From the NCBI GenBank assembly GCA_964035545.1, contig OZ037766.1, forward strand, positions 32,230,773 to 32,294,772: a stretch of DNA of 64,000 nucleotides. Reading direction: 5' to 3'. Shown in pieces: positions 61,905 to 64,000 of this stretch. The translations under genes were made by a program, and so were the position numbers. The first letter of the stretch is position 1. Each line of letters opens with the position of its first letter. The notes beneath the pieces are model-generated. The model did not search any database. It saw only the letters and a program-made list of their open reading frames with translations, and had not been told where the DNA came from. Source of the stretch: Bugula neritina (lineage: Eukaryota; Animalia; Bryozoa).

Positions 61905-63355
61905 GTTTGAGAGGCATAAAGCGTGTTTTTGTGTCTCTGTAGCTCTTATCTGATAAGAATCTCAATAAAGTACATAATGTTCTTATTTGTCATGTACTTA
62001 GCTTTAGTTCTCAGCCAGTGTGTGAAGTGCTCAGCCAGTGTGCGAAGCCTAACTCAATGTTATTTCAGTGAAGCTCAGATTTCAGCCTATATTTCAAAAA
62101 CTTTAGTCATACCCAATGTTAAGTTTTCAAAAGGCTTAAATTATGTTTGATAGCAGTTTCCGTGTAATTTAACCTAGTTCACTATCTCCATAGGCAGTGT
62201 CATGAGGGTATGCTAAGTGGCGGAGGACTTTCAAGTTATAGCCACCAGGCACTTTCCTTCCTTTACCTCTAAAGGGCAATTGTTTCAACTTCTGATGGAT
62301 GTATAGTAGACACGAGTTCTTTTGCATTATCTTATGTGACCTCTGTATGACCTTTCAAATTACTTCTGATTAGTCATGTGACTGCTGATTGATAATGGAC
62401 CTTGTGTAGTAATTTTCCATCATCAAACAACACTGATAACGTCAATTGCTAGTAGTTGGTTTCATATACACTAATAATCTGACATCTTTATCATTTGTTA
62501 AGTGTGTATCATAACAAGGATGTTTGTACTTTCAAACAGATTATAATTGTGGTAATTCCTGCCCCTTCCCCAGCTGCATGAGATAACACTAATATTATGC
62601 TAAGTTATAACTTGTTTAACCTTTCTTTATCACTGACAAATATTTTGTAGCCAGCTCCTATGTTCTGGTGGATTTAATTTGATCTCTCAACTTGATCTCT
62701 AAGCTCTCAACTTTTGCTGATACTCATAGACTCTGTGGAGGTCACTTATTCGCCAATAGCTCTTGAGGGGTGAGTTTTAAATAAACCTGGTTTCTTATAT
62801 TATTTTTAAAAATTGAAATTTGGCAACTTTAAATATATATAATGTCCTGAAGACTATTTAAAATGCACTCTAATAATTTTATTGTTAGTTATTTTCTCTC
62901 TACACACTGCTTAGCCTAAGAGAGGCAATAGTAAGAGCTCTTGACGTACTCAACATCATTTGTTCAGGATTCCTGGGCTATAGTGGTCTTATTAATCTTC
63001 AGGCCTAGATATGACCTTTGAGCAAATTTTAAGAACCATAAAATAATGGCAGTTGTGCAGAAAACATACTAAATCTAAAAAATTTGTACACAGTTTAATT
63101 TTAATCTACAACACAAAAGTGTATCTCTCTTTATCTTTGAACTTTGAGCTAAGAAGCAATAGCTGCACAATGATGCAGAGTTTAACTAATTTCACACTTG
63201 ATTCATGCATCTGCAGTGACTTACAGAACACTCTGTTGGTTGAATTAAACTTTATATTCCAACATGGATTGTCATCGGGTTAGATTGCTTAGCACAGCTA
63301 TACTGTAATTTCATTGGTTTGTTTAGTAGTACGGCTATTCTGATTGGCCTATGAT

Positions 63356-64000
63356 ATGGCGCCGCCTGATGAGGAGGTAAATGGACTGGGAAACAGTTTG
63401 GTTGGTGTAAATTTTCACCCAGACGTGGAAGATGTTGGTGAAACGCAGACTCTGTTGCCAGGTTCTACGAGCAACAGTGAGGATGACGAATTAGATGTGC
63501 AAGTAGTGGATAGAAACAATGGAGTTTCGTAAGTTGTCTTTACTGCTACTACTGGTACTAGTACTACTATTACTATTACTACTACTATACCACTATTACT
63601 ATTACTACTACTATACTACTACTAGTACTAGTACTACTACTACGGCTACTTGTACTACTACTACTACTACTACTACTACGGCTACTACGGCTACTACTAC
63701 GGCTACTACTACTACTAATACTAATATTTTACCTGTCTTTATTTGTAGGAACTTTGGTACCATAATGCATATAATCAAAGGAAACCTTGGAACCGGAGTC
63801 CTAGCCATGCCTGTGGCGTTCTCAAATGCTGGCATTCTAGTGAGTAGTAGAGTGTCTGCTGGAGTTCAAGGTTGAATTAGATTGCTGGACTGTAAACTCT
63901 GTTGTTATATTTAATGAACTGAGTTCATACCAATGTTTCTATGTTTCAGTTTGGTACGGTGATGTTGGCTGTACTGGGAGTTATCTGTGTACACTGTATG
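63356..64000 (+). CDS. Proton-coupled amino acid transporter (SLC36/PAT family), 5' part
   Basis: Exons 63356-63528, 63749-63839 and 63949 to the window end. SNFGTIMHIIKGNLGTGVLAMPVAFSNAGILFGTVMLAVLGVICVHCM is the SLC36 TM1-TM2 signature. Confidence 0.9.
63540..63724. repeat. (ACT)n microsatellite in an SLC36 intron
   Basis: Direct inspection. Confidence 0.92.

Overview
AT-rich, intron-containing animal (invertebrate) DNA; the species cannot be determined from the sequence. Left to right: (1) the 5' half of a GC-rich, apparently intact Ty3/Gypsy LTR retrotransposon (minus strand; 5' LTR, tRNA-Leu PBS, gag, -1 frameshift signal, pol running off the left edge) lying in an intron of a repeat-rich host gene. 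(2) A ~40-kb cluster of six paralogous two-exon genes (called B-G here, plus partial gene A and pseudogene debris). Each has a disordered, often tandem-repeat N-terminus and a conserved ~400-aa region encoded by one large exon. By my reading its helical core resembles domain I (Endotoxin_N, helices a3-a6) of Bacillus Cry delta-endotoxins, so this is a candidate undescribed animal family of pore-forming-toxin-like proteins. This call is motif recognition by eye and needs HMM or structure confirmation. (3) Inside the cluster: an 8-exon gene with 14 shuffled 39-aa ankyrin repeats and a CCDC106-like C-terminal domain, a ~820-bp near-perfect inverted repeat, and an internally deleted Gypsy element with identical LTRs and a 5-bp TSD. 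(4) A 15-exon eIF2A gene with an intronic tRNA-Arg(TCG) and many splice-site-derived tandem repeats. (5) Nested MITEs and the 5' part of an SLC36 amino-acid transporter gene. All exon structures were assembled by hand from GT/AG signals and reading-frame phase.
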